Positions 39,021 to 52,800 of a stretch of DNA of 64,000 bases are shown in pieces. The position numbers and the translations under genes are program-made. The stretch's first letter is position 1. The number at the start of each line of letters is the position of its first letter. The DNA is from Haplodiscus bocki (taxonomy: Eukaryota). The stretch is taken from assembly GCA_965655095.1 (NCBI GenBank), contig OZ296659.1:13764001-13828000 (forward strand), given 5' to 3'. The notes beneath the pieces were generated by a model that saw only the letters and a list, made by a program, of their open reading frames with translations, was not told the origin of the DNA and did not search any database.

Positions 39021-41689
39021 ATATCAAGTGTCGCGAGGAGGTCAAACAACATCAATCAAGTAAAACGAAACCTCTTCAGCCGTGAAAATGTGTGTAGGAA
39101 AAGTGAAAGTTTCATAGAAAATAACAATCGCTCGACGACTCCGTGTTTCCGAAGTGTAACCAAAGAAGTGTAAACAGGCTTGCCACAGTGTGGCGTCTGT
39201 TAGTCTGAGAAACGCAATGAAGCAGTACACTTGACTCCGGGTTAGGCGAAAACTGAGAGATTTGCTCAAGGGTGTTTGATTTGTGGGATTGTCGGAAAGC
39301 TGTCTCTGAAAACACATAACTGGAGAAGTGTCTTGCTAGGTGACACGTGATCACCGCACAAAAAACTCAAGCGTAACGAGACAAAATTGTAACTGAAGAC
39401 CACATGAAACTCAAACGTGTAAAAAATGGAGGGTCGTTTCTGAAAATCAGTAATCAATAGATTGATACAGCTGGGCCAATGAAAAAAAAGTGGAATTGAC
39501 GTAAAGTTTTTACGGTTTGGCTACCTAAAGTTTATCGTTCAACACAGTTTGTTCATCAGGAAGAGTTCATATCGCTGAAAAAGTAAACACCCACTCTGTT
39601 TAAGCCATACTGTATCTGCGAAGAAAGTCCAAAGGACTTTTCAGATGAAACTTATGTCGAATCCTACTTCCATTACAGTATTCAAGGAATCTCAATTATC
39701 GAAAGTGAACTAATACGTTTGAGCAGAAGCTCTAGCAAAAAATCGTTCAACTCCAAAGTATTCAAGTTCGATTCTTTGAGATTCAAACAGCGATATTTTC
39801 TGGCAGAAGAATTAACTGTAACTAAGCAAGAACTTGCTACAGATTTGCATTGTCTAAAAGATATCCTGAACCAAGACGAAGAGGCACAGAATTTGACTAA
39901 TTTTTGCCTACCAACACGTAAAAAACCCTTTGTTGTTCTTTTCTGAAGGACACTGTCTGTTCTCATCACATCCATGATATGAGGGACTTTCCGTAGCGTT
40001 ACATTAGACTAACTTTCTGACTTGACTCAAGAACAATTTGCTCCTGTCTTTGACAAAAATGCTGTCGAACCGGAAACCAGCTTCCATTGGATGAATTTCT
40101 TTACTTACACCACTCTGAAATTCTAAACCTCTTGCAAGTCGCTTTTTATTCACTCCAGACGTTTTATAGCTGGAAGCAATTACAATGTCTGCCAAATGCG
40201 TTTAGTCTGTTCGGTTCGAATTTTTTTTGAATCAACTCCCAAACTTCTTTGGTTGCATACTAAGCCTCCTTGATTGACGTAAATTTTTATATAGAAAAAT
40301 TTTCCAGTCATCTGTTTGTCAAAACTTTTCACAATCAACACCTACATTTACCGAATGTCTACATGTCAAATCGATCTGTCTCGCAATATGAATTTCTCAG
40401 TTTCCAACGGCGAAAGGAACTGGTTGGTAGGAAATTGAGTTGATTGAGTTGCATTAAAATTGCGAATCGTTTGGGAGGAAACTGTCGAACAATCTATCGA
40501 ACTGCATTTGTCGTTGTGGAATGTTCCCGAGAGTCAAAGAATACAATTGGTGAAAAAAGCTTCAGCAGAGCAGCAACGACCATACCAAGTACATGAGATC
40601 TTGGTAGCAATGAAAGATCCCATTTGAAATTGCGAACAACAAGAAATTGTCATCAAAAATAGCTCCACGGCAGACTTAGGCGTGGCAACACTGTCCCCAA
40701 AAGCTACCAGTGGCACAGTGAGATCACCAGTCTAGCCAAACATCTTCGATTTAGCTTTTATTTGCTATGCTTTCGAATATCCTGTCATCGAAGATAACCT
40801 TGTTCCGGATCTTGAGCTGGGCAACAATGCTGAAGATGACAGCGACGATGAATTTGTCGAGAAGGGGAAGAAATAAAACGTACAGCCTGTAATGTTAACA
40901 CCAGAGCAAGAGCAGAACAACCAGGTTCCACTTTTGCACATGAAGAGATGCAAAGGCGTGATCTCTAAGAGACTTGAAAACATTTACTAATCTGTCATCA
41001 AGTCTTCCTTTGAGTAAATGATTGAGCAAAAGAGGTTCTTTGTGATTTTTCCTTAACGCCTAAATTGACTGTTAAAAGGAGATTTTTCCTTCCTCCACTT
41101 TAAAATTTGCTTAATAGTTAAAGTAGCCTGCAATAGTTTAGTTTTAGCTGGCTTCTTGTCGACGGTTCTTGCTGAGATAATCTTAAGTGGAAGAAACACA
41201 TTTTCACTAGAGAGCAAAAATGTCCTCTCCAAAATGTTGCATAAATTTTGTATGGTATCGTATCGAAGGTATTGCCTCAACGGCGGAGATTGTTAAACTT
41301 TGATTGTGCAAGAAGAAGAAGAGCCTCTTGCAAGCATAAGTAAATCTTTCTATGGAAGTGAAAGTTGTGATAAGTTCAAGGATTGATCAACCATCTTTAA
41401 CAAACTACACGCAGTGCAATAAGGCTAGTTATGTCGAATTTGGGACAATTTATAGCAAAAACATGATTTGGGAAAAAAAATTGCTGATTTTTTTGGGTAA
41501 TAAAAACAAACATGATGAAAAAGTAGACGAAAAATTAAGCCAAATAAACGAAAAAATTGAAAACATTTCACAACTTGTCACAAGATCTATAATTGACTGA
41601 ACATTGTAGAACTTTCGTTGCTAGTTTTTTATATCAACTGGTTCGTCCATAGGATACTGAGCAAAAACACTTGTCGAAAAGAAACGGAA

Positions 41690-42200
41690 CTTTACAAGTT
41701 TTTTTAATCTTGCAAAATGAAAATTCTCAATTTTGAAAAATTCATTTTGCTGAGCCTAGATTTTTAAGTTCAGAACTATGGACTTCAAATTTTGAGTTCG
41801 GAAATCTGAATTCAAATTCTAGCACATGTTCCTTAATTTAAAAAATATCCAGCTTTTTGGTAAACAATCCAACACTAGAAATCTCTAGACACTAAAAAAA
41901 TTCTACGTTTTCAAGGCTGTCAACTTTCAGCTTTGAATATAAGTTTTTGAACCTAATATTTCAAGATTGCGAAACGGAAGGTGAAATTTTGAGTTCAAAA
42001 TCTGAAATAAAAATGGAAGACACATCTTTTTGGAACCCGACAATAGGAATCTAGAATCGAAAAATTTCATATATTTCCATGCTCTCTAGCTTCAGATTCG
42101 AAAAAAATATACTGAAATTAAAAAAATGAGTTCGAAAGACTGAACCTAACGTTTTATGTTCAAAAATTTGAATTCAAATTTGAGTATACATTTACGATAA
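41690..42200. repeat. Degenerate short-unit tandem repeat
   Basis: Recurring tttgagttc..aaatctgaattcaaat-like units at ~41790, ~41990 and ~42155. Confidence 0.45.
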
Positions 42201-43099
42201 AAAATCGAACTAAAAATTATTCCTTTCAACCGGGATCTGCTACCGTCTTCAAGAAGAGAAAATTGGCAGGTTTTGATTTTGAAACAGACTAAATGCTCTC
42301 ATAACTACCATAAGCATCAAGGAATTGATCAAAAATTTTTAGGAGATCAAAATCAGTATCTGTTGCTCTTCTGACCTCTTCAACTCTCCACACAAAAACA
42401 AATGCAGTTGCTTGAACAGAAATTGACTTTTGAATCAATTTCAGCATGTGTTTCTTGAATTTCTAACGGAGGAGACATTTCTTAACAATGCTGGGCTTTT
42501 TGTCCAAGCCTTTGTTAAGCTTGTTGAAAAAAACAGCCTTCTTCACTATATTGAAAGTTTCTGCAGTTTTAAGCACAACAATTCCGGTAAAACTGTTTTT
42601 GAGAAAAGTGTAAAAACAATCCACTCAATGAAAGTTGAAGCAAAAAAATAGTTTCATAAACAGAACTTTTATATCTTTATCTGGTATCAATAAAATGTGG
42701 CAATGACAACGTTTCATAATACAAAATGTAGATTTGTGGCCAGTGACGAAATAGCCGCGAGCCACTAGGAAGCTTTCATAGTTATCTGTTGAAGGAAAAA
42801 GAGATTTTGCAAAGGCAAATTTCAAAAAAAGCTCTGTAAAACCTGTAACATGCTAGCAGCCAATGTGTTCCTTCCAAACTCAAAAAAAATGATTTTCGAA
42901 TATCGTTGATATCTCCTTTTTCAGAACAATTAGCACAAGAAAAACATCAAATCAGCTGCCGAAAACATGACGCGACAAACTCTCAGAAAACAGCTACGCG
43001 ATGGTAGCAGAAAACGTTACCACAGCAGAAACAATCTCACCAAATCTAGTAAACGAAGGAGTTGGTCTCGCAAACACTTTGTTTCTAAAGTTGCATTTT

Positions 43100-44470
43100 G
43101 ACTATGACTTCCCAAGTATTTCGGTACCAAACTTTCGTTGCTGTTTTGGGCAACCCAGGAGGCGAAGTCCCAGTTAGTGATGATGCTTTCTCATCTCCTG
43201 AACAACAGGAATACACTACCACCTCAAAAGAAGAAAACAGCGATTTTTAACTAGTTCTTTAAACTGATTTAAAAACTGATTTTAAATTTTACTTTGTTTT
43301 GAGACAGCAATACCTGGCTCTTAAACTCAATTTGGTCAAAGGACCCAGCTAAGACACGTACACAATCGAAAAAGCTGAAAAAGAATACGAAGTTGAGGAA
43401 CTAACCACAGCAGACGCTAGTGATGAATCTACAGACAATGAAAACACTGAAAAGAAACCTTTTGTTACTTATGTAAGTAACATTATGCAATCAGTTTTTT
43501 CGAACGTTGAGGTGTACATCAAGAACCAGCAAATAAACAATTACAACGGTCTCTGTGTGCATAAATCGTACAATCCAAACATTTTCAAGAGAGCAACTTC
43601 TGAAAACAAAAGAGTTTTGCGTTGCGAAGGTTTTTACTACAAAAAGACATCTGATGATGTCCAAGAAGCCCCGAAATCTGATTCTATTTCCACAACAAGA
43701 ATGAGAATGCTGAGCGGAAGTGATGGATTCTTAATGTACGGTAAAACAAAGGTTCACTAATTCTCAGCCCTGGATTTCCTAAACCCAAACCTTAAAGTTG
43801 GAATACGGTTAGTAAGAGCCAGAACAATCTTTAGCGACGACCCTAATGTTCTTCTTGGAACTGTAGACTGATCACTTTACACTCGACGTATCGCCCTGAA
43901 AGAAGATTATCACAGGAAACAGAATGGATGCTTGCGTACGCTCCTGTGGAGTACAGCTATTTGAAGACTTTGGCAAAAACATTCATAATCACAGTCCAAC
44001 AAAGTCAATTCGTTCAAGGAAACTATTTTAACAATGATCCTCCCCGGCGAATAGCAATAGCAACAATTACCCGTTCTGCATTCATATGACCTCTCACTTA
44101 AAACCCATTTGTGCTATCAACAGTTCTACGTAAGGCGAAGTAGAATACTCAGAGAAGGACAATCCTTCGTAGATTAGGGTTCCTCGGACAATCGTGGTCT
44201 ATACGTTAATATAATGAGAGCAAAGAATTTTCAAAACAACATATTGTCCACCTCCATTGATATTTTCAAAGATAATTACGTGCTTCTATTCGATTTCACG
44301 TCGATGCAAGATGCAGCTGAACACTGTCACTACCTTGAACTCCTTAAAAAGCCATTGGGACTCTAGCTGAATTTTACTCTTGCAAGTGAGCACATTAGAA
44401 AAGTTACATATTGGGAGAAAAATATCTTCAATAGCAGTCAACAAGTTTGGTGTAGTTGGAAAAAACATTC
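43100..44470 (+). pseudogene. Maverick/Polinton major capsid protein (double jelly-roll), decayed
   Basis: MQSVFSNVEVYIKNQQINNYNGLCVHKSY (ORF 43485-43760), later QSQFVQGNYFNNDPPRRIAIA, and C-terminal AVNKFGVVGKNI. Lies directly upstream of the protease. Confidence 0.65.
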
Positions 44471-44477
44471 AATAAAG

Positions 44478-44845
44478 ATAATATTGACCTTCGACAAAAA
44501 TTTGTCCGCATTCCACTCCTCATGTATCGATACATTGGTTCTGATATGTGCGATCTAGTATCAAGTTTACCCGGAGATACAATTTCGACTATCAACACGC
44601 AACCCAGCAAGATGCAGGGGGAGCATTGGATTATGGTTGCAAAAAATCACAACCACTATCAGTTTTTTTTTCTGATTCACTTGCTCGCAAATATAACAGT
44701 TTGCTGAAGAACTACTAGCAATAGATCATACCAGAGCGGCTGCAAGAAACTCCAGACGTCTGTAAATATTACACGATTTAGGCAGCTTTTCTTCTCTGCA
44801 AGTTCGGACAGGAACGAAATACCGGAGTTCATGATGTTTTTGTCT
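44478..44845 (+). pseudogene. Maverick adenain-like cysteine protease, decayed
   Basis: INTQPSKMQGEHWIMVAK (catalytic His in GEHW) and downstream LQETPDVCKYYTI (Gln/Cys region). Confidence 0.7.
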
Positions 44846-47800
44846 GTGCTAATCGTGGGACCCTTTGAGTTCTAGATGCGGTAAAAAATGACTATACTAT
44901 GAACATTTCTGTCAAATTGCCCAAATATGCTGGTTTTCCAGGTTGTTATCACAGAAAAAACAATCAAAATGTATCGAACTGCAACGGAAATGTGATAGAT
45001 GATAGATCTGCAATGTGATAGATTTTCTTCTCATTGAGTTTCTGCAGAAAGTAAAAGAATCTGTTTCTTATACGGAGAAAAAAATTAGATGTGAACAGAA
45101 GAATTTGGGCGGAAATTGGAAGTGAAAATCTTTACCTCTGAAAACTATAGTGTGGTTGTCTGAAAAGGTTTTGCTTTGTTGAAGAGATTAGTTAAAATGC
45201 GACCAATTCCTAACTATTTCACGTCCAGTAACAATTTTTTCCTCGAGACTCTATTATGCGAGTTTAGCAGGTAATGAAAAATCACTACAAACTGAATGTC
45301 GAGATGTGTCATTTTTAACACGTTTAAAAGACACAGTTTTGTTACTCAGAATCCTCCGCAAGTAGTTGGCCGCCGAAACAGAATCTGATGCAAGAGATCA
45401 AGCCAGAAGTTCATGCGAAAGCGGAAAAAAGCAGTCTGCCATTTTCGCAACATTGAGACAGTCGTTGAAGCAACCGAGAAAAGTAACTTTTTCCCTTCAA
45501 CAGTCCTCCCACAAAAAACATTTTGCAAATTGTCCCTAGATGCAAAAAGGTTTCATGGCCATTTCGTCCGGAAACCAGTTCGGAAACCGATTTCTTCAGT
45601 TAATACAAGCTTTTTCAGCCGGTCTGAAATCGGACGCAACGTAAACTAATGATACAATTTCTAAAAAAAAGACCTCCTCAATCCAAGGTTTTTCGAGTGA
45701 GAATCTAATCAATGAAGTTAACTGCGTTGTTACATTGAAAATTCTATTACAAAATTCAACAAAAACCAAACTAAGGATAGTGTTTAAAAATAAGATCAGT
45801 TTGCGAAACAAAACAGCATTTTGAGAACATGCATGAAGTTAAACTTTTCTAATGACTGCAGGAAGAAAAGCTTGTGAAATTTGAATTGAAGTATTTTGAC
45901 AGAGTTTCGACACTGCTATCTATGTTTTCGAGGGATGATCCAGGGAAAAACGAGAAATTGTTGGAAAAATTGTAGTTTTCTCCGCACCGTGAGACAAAAT
46001 TTTTCAAATTTCGCGCTTTATATTTATAGCAAGGTGTTCAAAACTGCACTTTTAAAAATCCAAAAAAAGTTTTTAGGAAAATAACTAGAAAAGAAATGAA
46101 TTTGTTGAGTTTTCTTGTAGCATGAACAACATTTTTCCTGGAATGTTTCTAAAACTGCCTTCTATTTGAGCAGAAGAACATTTTGGTGCTCAAAAACACG
46201 CAAAATTGTTGCAACTTGATTGGCAAATCAACGGAGTCTACCCAGTAAAGCGTTCATATGCGTAAAGTGATTTTTGTTGCGTCATACCCTTCACCGCGGA
46301 AAGGAACTACAATGTTGTACAACATCAGAGAAAAGTATTCACTCCAGTTTCAAAAAGAAGCTCTGCAGTCAGTCATTAAAATCGAAAAGAAATCAATAAG
46401 GAGTCAAGTGTCAGCTACCATCCACTCAATGCTTGTAACATGTCTAATTTTGGCTCAATTTCTTCCGCAGAATCATTTTTTGAATGGTGAATAAGAACTG
46501 TTCACGAGTTGAAAGGCGGAACAAAGTGAAAACTAATTCCGTAGCAAGTTCGTTTTTTTACTTCATAGGAAAATGTACCACTTCTAAATCTATGAAATCC
46601 CAGTTTTTAGTTATACTGTTGAATGGAAAACCCTTTACTCACAATTTAGATTTTGAATGTTTTTACCGAAGTGATGATTCTAAACAAAAATGGCATCGGT
46701 TGTAACATAAGAGCAGCCTTCCGAAACTCAGAGAGCTTTTTCGAAAAAGTGAAAGTGAAAAATATAAAAACAACAACTCCATCAAACAGTCCATCAATGG
46801 CAAAAACTAGCGTCAACGACAAAAAAAATGGTTGTGCAAGGCGCAACACTAAAATTGTTCCAAAGAAATTGTTATCGGCAAAAATTCGTTCTTCTCAGCT
46901 ACCAGAAAACTCAAACTCTTGATTTCAAAAGCATTTAACGTTAATGCATTGCTGAGTAGTCCAACTTGGGTCAACTATAGTCATTTTGGTAATTGTCGAG
47001 ACATTGTGGACGTCTTTGTTAGAGTAGGAAAGATTTCGTTTTCCCACACACTAAACTCGTAGTTTCTGGGAAAGCAACTAATTAGCAAAAGAAGGTTTCA
47101 GACAAAAAAGGCGACGACCATCAGCTCAAGTAGTCGTTGATTCCGAATATTTGGCAGAGCGCAAAACTTAACCACAGCAGAGCGCAGATGCCAATATTGT
47201 CCAAAGATAGGAACGTACTACACAGTCTGACCAATAAACTGGTTGTTATTGTGGATCATCCAAAGAGGAGGATTTGTGTGAATGCCCTATTGTACATTGT
47301 AGACAAACCAAAGGTTTTTTGTCCTGACGTCCCATTGTTTGCTGAAGGAGGATTCCAGAAAAAAAGTGTGATTTACAATTTGTGATCATATGTTTCTACA
47401 TGATGTCTTTACATCAGACACAACTTCTCCCAAATAACACATCGGCTCTCCGATAAAAGTTATTGCAAATACTGGCCCTGGATAATTTTCCTTTTAATTC
47501 GAGTTAAAAACAATTGAGTTATTGGACATCTGGGAAATCTCTACTTCCAGGTAATATCCGAATTGGGAGCTTCTCATCATGTACTAAGACCTCCATACAC
47601 TCCTTCCTTCCGAAAACCTACGCTTACTGTAGTCAATATGCAACAATTAGCAAACAAACGAAAACTCAGGCCAAGTTTTTGCTGTTTCTTGCCTAAATTG
47701 TGGAATATGATGTATTCTTTGGAAGAACTCCGAAAATATCAAGATTCATATAGACAAACTGAACGTTGTCGTATGCGGTTTTCGAAAGTTATGTAGTTAA

Positions 47801-49069
47801 AGTATAATCAAAATGACTTCAGAATGACAAATATCCAGAACCTCTTAGCAAAACGAGTGTTTCTATTGAGCTAGAATGACATATTTTTTAAGGGGTGTAT
47901 TAGATTGGATGAAAAGGAAAAATTTAAAGAAGTAAAATTCCCCAACAATTTTGTTTGTTTCCTGGTGGGAAATTTCTCACACTCTTGAAACTAAAATTGT
48001 GGCCGAAGCACGAAAAAGTCAAGAAAATCTTCTCACTAGCTGCAACTTTTTGTTGGGGTGTAAAATTTATTTGAGAGTGTACGACCAAAACTATCAATCT
48101 AGTGCGTTTAGTTATGGAGACTCGTACTTGGAATTTATGTTTCGGTGCTCAAAATTATGTAGATTTTATGAAAGAATGCACGACGCTACTGGCGCAGTGA
48201 CGTCATCTATTGGCCTTAAACCTAGTTCCAGCTGCAAGTTTGCTTAGTCAAGTGTCTTGGCTATTCGTATGTCGCACTGTCAAACACATTTGCTTTCCAT
48301 TTTAAACTCTATTGATTTTCAAAGCAAGTGTTTCTCGCATTCTCCAGTTTTTGAGATTGCAGAAAAACCCCGTTGAAGATATGGAAGTTCCCACCCAGGA
48401 TCAGTTTGTTCAACTACGCTGGTTTCGTCCTCCGAAAAAATACCAATCAACAAAACAAGCAATTTAGAGTTTAAAAGCAATATACTGAAATGCGTGTAAG
48501 AGTGGAGTTTAGGAAAACACCAAGTTTTCGAAAAACCTTTGCCGAGATCTAGAAGACTAATCTTTTGCGAAAGTCTCAAAAAGTGCAGAAAAAAAACAAC
48601 AGAATCCATATCAACTTGGAGAACATGGATGATCATGGTTGGTGCAAAATTAGGAAAAATGATTAACTTAAAGCAGAATGCGGAAAGCGGAGTTGTTCGA
48701 GTTACCCATAGTGACAAAAGACCGCAGTTCAATTTGCAGAGGAGAAATTATAGGTGTCTAGTAACCGGACAATTCAGCATATGAAATTGTGAAACATGTA
48801 TTATAAAGGGTTTACCTGTGTCGACGTAAAGAAAAGTTTTCGGCTTGATTTTCTTTTCGACAAGAACTCAATTTTGCGAAGGTGAGAGTACAACTAGTTG
48901 CTTGATCAACAATTAAAACTAATTTAGGCAATTTTGTCTCTGACATTATGAGTCTCAAGCGATAATCGTGCGTTGGTAAATATCGAAATTGTTAGGGTTG
49001 CTAATTGCCTTTCTGTTCCAGCTTTTTGTCCTTTTTTGTTTGTTTTTGGTTGTTTTCTCAAAACTCGTC

Positions 49070-49740
49070 CAACAGATATTTAAAATGATACAATTGTTTG
49101 TCTACAAAAGGGGGCAGTGCAGTGGGAAACACTTCACCCTCTCCAAGACTAAAGCTAAAGTTTTTCCATTGAAAAGTTGTACTTGTGTATCTTCCGTTTT
49201 ACCATCGAGGACGTAAAGGAGCAATATTTTTACAATTTTGTGAAGATAGTGTTTTCTCAAACAAAGGTTTGTCAAAGGCTTTGAACACACCTCTGAAAAC
49301 TTTGCGATGTTATGCAAAAAACACCCAAAACTTTGATTTCTTCAAGGTGTAAACATCCAAAATATCGCTTCATGAAGAAACAAAGGTACAGCTCATTTGT
49401 CAAATCTGGACAAAAATTTTGATGGCGTTTGCAATGGGAAGTTATCGTTGCTTTTGAAACCAATGGACATCTTCGTGGGTTGAAGTTTCAAAACCCGAAC
49501 CATAAATCATCTTCTGTTATAGTTAGGTTGCAACGCTGAACTCCAGAACACACACCTTGTTCTCTTCAAATCCCCCCGTGATTTGAAAGAGTTCACTGCG
49601 CCACGTACACTGTTGAGTATCAGGTTAGATATTTGACTGGTATCAAGACGCAACTACTCTTCTATACGGTATTTGTTCAATGACTTTTCGTCAGGCCAGA
49701 AAACTGTTCACGCGTTTTCTTACAAACAACAGATCATTTC
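49070..49740 (+). pseudogene. Maverick A32-like packaging ATPase, decayed
   Basis: Eroded Walker A (GQCSGKH), plus ELQNTHLVLFKSPRD (~49538) and DWYQDATTLLYG (~49635). Confidence 0.62.
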
Positions 49741-50469
49741 CCATAATTTTAGTTGCCCAACAATTGAATCAATGAAATTGTTCAGGGAAAACAGTCAAAA
49801 ACTTTTTCATCCGCAAATAATTTAACCTTTCTCGTGCAAATACCATTATCCATTGCTTCAGCCGTGTACAGAAGATTTTTTTTGGTTTTCATGCCAAAGC
49901 ATTGTGAATCTATTCAAAGGAAGGCTACAAAGCATGATACGGAATCCAACTAACTTTCAAATCAAAAACGAAAAGTTCTGGCATTCGAAGACCAGAAACA
50001 GATGATGAAACTTCCTATTCTTCGGGTCATAATGTATCTGCTTTTATGTAGAGCAGTTTCTCCTCGTTTGTGTTTCTTCAAAAAAACTTTGATTTTACAA
50101 TCAAATACGAAGCAGTAACGTCTAAACTACTAAAACTAACAAAATCCTACAGACATAAATATTTTGATTATAATGAAAACGGATGATCTTTTGGAGCGGC
50201 TCAATCCTTCAGGACAAAAACATAGTTTTGACCTCGTCTTCTGTTTCCCATTTCCCTGTTTTTTCTTGATGCTATAGGAACTGAACTTTTGCTGTCGCAC
50301 TCTGCTCCTTAACAGTAAAAATCCAGGTGCTACAGTAAATAACTTTTCCTTGACTTGATTTACTTGACGCTAGCCGTAACCTCTAACGGTTTTTCTGAAT
50401 CAAAAAACCGAAAGCAAGGAAAAAGGCAGCGAAACTTGTTTCGAAATCAGAATGGTAAAAGCTGCAGAG

Positions 50470-51150
50470 GATGGTCGGAGGGGAATTTGCTGCTTATGGG
50501 TCCGTGCGCACTGCACTGAAATCTGACAAAAAACCAGTTACAAGGACGAGACAGATTCTGCAATCAACGAATTCTCCCACAAATATTCTCTTGTCTACAA
50601 CAAATATACTGGAGGCACTTGATAGTGTCATGAAGGAAACCTGGTTGGTATTTTGGTTTGTGTTGATGAGCTTGCAGAATACAACATCGGAGTAAAGTTG
50701 TTACTTCCTTGTCGAGATTAGCTCATTAGTTTGATAAAAGTGCACAAGCCAAACGAACAAAATCACAATTGTCCAAAAAACTGCTCGTGCCCTTTTAACA
50801 GTGAACGGAACAAATTTAACCCGGATTTTTCGGGTTGACACAACCCAGAATATTTTGCGGAACGTCTGGGAACACCTTTGATTGAAGGAGTCCAAAACTT
50901 GTCTCCACCGACTGAAGCTGAAGCTGCATTGATTGAACGTACAAGGTTTTCGTTAAAAAACTTTTTTCCAGTTATTTTGAAGACTATGGACACAAGCACT
51001 TTCAAAATATGACCTTACAACCAGAGCCAATATTTGCCAATCTTTTCATCAAATCGGAAACAAAGTTCATATCTTAAAGTATGAAAGGATTAGAAGTTGG
51101 CGCGTACAAAAACTATGTTGAAAAAGTTGCAATCTCTTCATGAAAACCGG
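50470..51150 (+). pseudogene. Maverick retroviral-like (rve) integrase, decayed
   Basis: N-terminal AAYGSVRT..., then VDELAEYNIGVKLLL and EAEAALIERT (third catalytic E region), spread across frames. Confidence 0.55.
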
Positions 51151-51249
51151 CAACTTAAACAAAAAAAGTTTAGGGGTCATAATGCACATGTGAAATACAT
51201 CAGAAAAATTCATCGTCGTCATTTAGCATAGAATCAATTACAACAGAGT

Positions 51250-52000
51250 TGACCTTGATTGCATCTGCTCAACCATTTCTAGACAGTATCCGGGCCATTT
51301 ACACTCTCCGTGCTGGAGAAATGAAAATTGATGGTCAATGACTGTTTGCGTTCTTCAAAACTCCTACTCGTTAAAGTATCAAAAATATATAAAGCAGAAA
51401 TTTATGTCTTTCGATACAAAACAATGGCATTCCGTCAGTTTTTTTATATGAAACCCAGTCTCTACGCTTCTGTTACTGTTTTTGTCAACTTTTTGAACAT
51501 GTTCATTGAAAACAGACACAATCACAATGAGGCCTGTATGACAGACGAACTGTAGCGGAAAACGCAAAAACGCAAAATGTCCAAGTTTTTCTGACAATTG
51601 AACTGTCTGGCATTGCTTTGCGTTACTAACTTTCGACAAATTTTTGAAAAGAGCCCGCGCAAAGTACTTGAACTACTTTTAAGAGCAAGAAGATTTCACA
51701 GGTTGGATTTTGTCTACAACGCTTTCACACTCTTTTCATATTTACTCTAGACCAATCACGATGAGTAAAGTATTGTTGGTAAGATAAAATTCCTTTCATG
51801 CCTCGCCTGACTTCATTTCAGAGCCGATGAGTGGGGATTTTCTTACTGCAAGAAAGTTTATGTTTATGAAAATTACGGTTCATCTGATTTTACTCAAATG
51901 AGCGAAAATCCCAATGTTAGCCTTGGATTTGGTGGTTGTTCGCTTTAAACTAGACATTTTGTTGTCAAGCACGATTGTCAGAAGAAAAGCCTGGTTGCAA
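51250..52000 (+). pseudogene. Possible Maverick minor capsid (penton) remnant
   Basis: Follows the integrase. Eroded ASAQPFLDSI.. and FFYMKPSLYASVT..NMFIENRHNHNE segments. Confidence 0.4.
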
Positions 52001-52049
52001 ATACTCTTGTGGGGTACACCTTTTTGGTGACCTTAGCAAAAAAATCTAC

Positions 52050-52800
52050 CACTCCTGCTAGACAGAACCAGTTCAACCGAGGAAGCATTTTACAATGATC
52101 CAGGTCGTCGAAATGGTTTTGCAACCAAAAAAATCACTTAGTTCAGTAGATCGTTTTGTGGAAGAAGGTTCTGGTATCAACGTTTCAATCTCAGACAACA
52201 TAGGACACTCAGAGCAAACTAGCCAAATAAAGACAAAATTACTGCTCTTTTAGCATTTTTTTCACGACATTGAAAGTGACGAACTTTCAGAGTGATTTCT
52301 TCTCAATTTCTTTTGACATCTTTAGAGACTATTACGTGGCAGTGCTCCATTTGATTTCGATGAAAGAATCCAACTAAAAGTTACATTACCCAGAACTAAA
52401 AAGAAACTACTGAGAAAGCGGCTAATGTTTGTAATTTTGCTCAAACACGCTACTGAATTCTTCGTCTTGGAAGAACGTATGGTTTTGGATGCAATTGAAA
52501 AATTTGTCAAGGTGAGGAAGAGTAGTTAGATTGGATTTTGCTGCTCTCCATCAAACAATCAAACGAATTTTTCCATCAAGTATCGGTTCAGTGGTTCATT
52601 CCCCTCACATAATGTTCACACTGTCGCATGATAAATTTACTAGTGTTAACACGCAACGCAGTAGGGTGACGGTTGTTGAACAATGTAATTCGAAAAACTC
52701 CCGTTCATGACAAGTTCATTTCCCTCAAACAATAATACAAGCAGATGGTGCCAAAGACGCAACAGTCCCTTCCCACGTTTTTCATTTCTACAAGATTTAT
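52050..52800 (+). pseudogene. Second MCP C-terminal fragment plus protease fragment
   Basis: PARQNQFN..FYNDPGRR and FWYQRFNLRQ parallel 43985-44150. KYRFSGSFP and VNTQRS parallel the 44478 protease. Confidence 0.5.
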
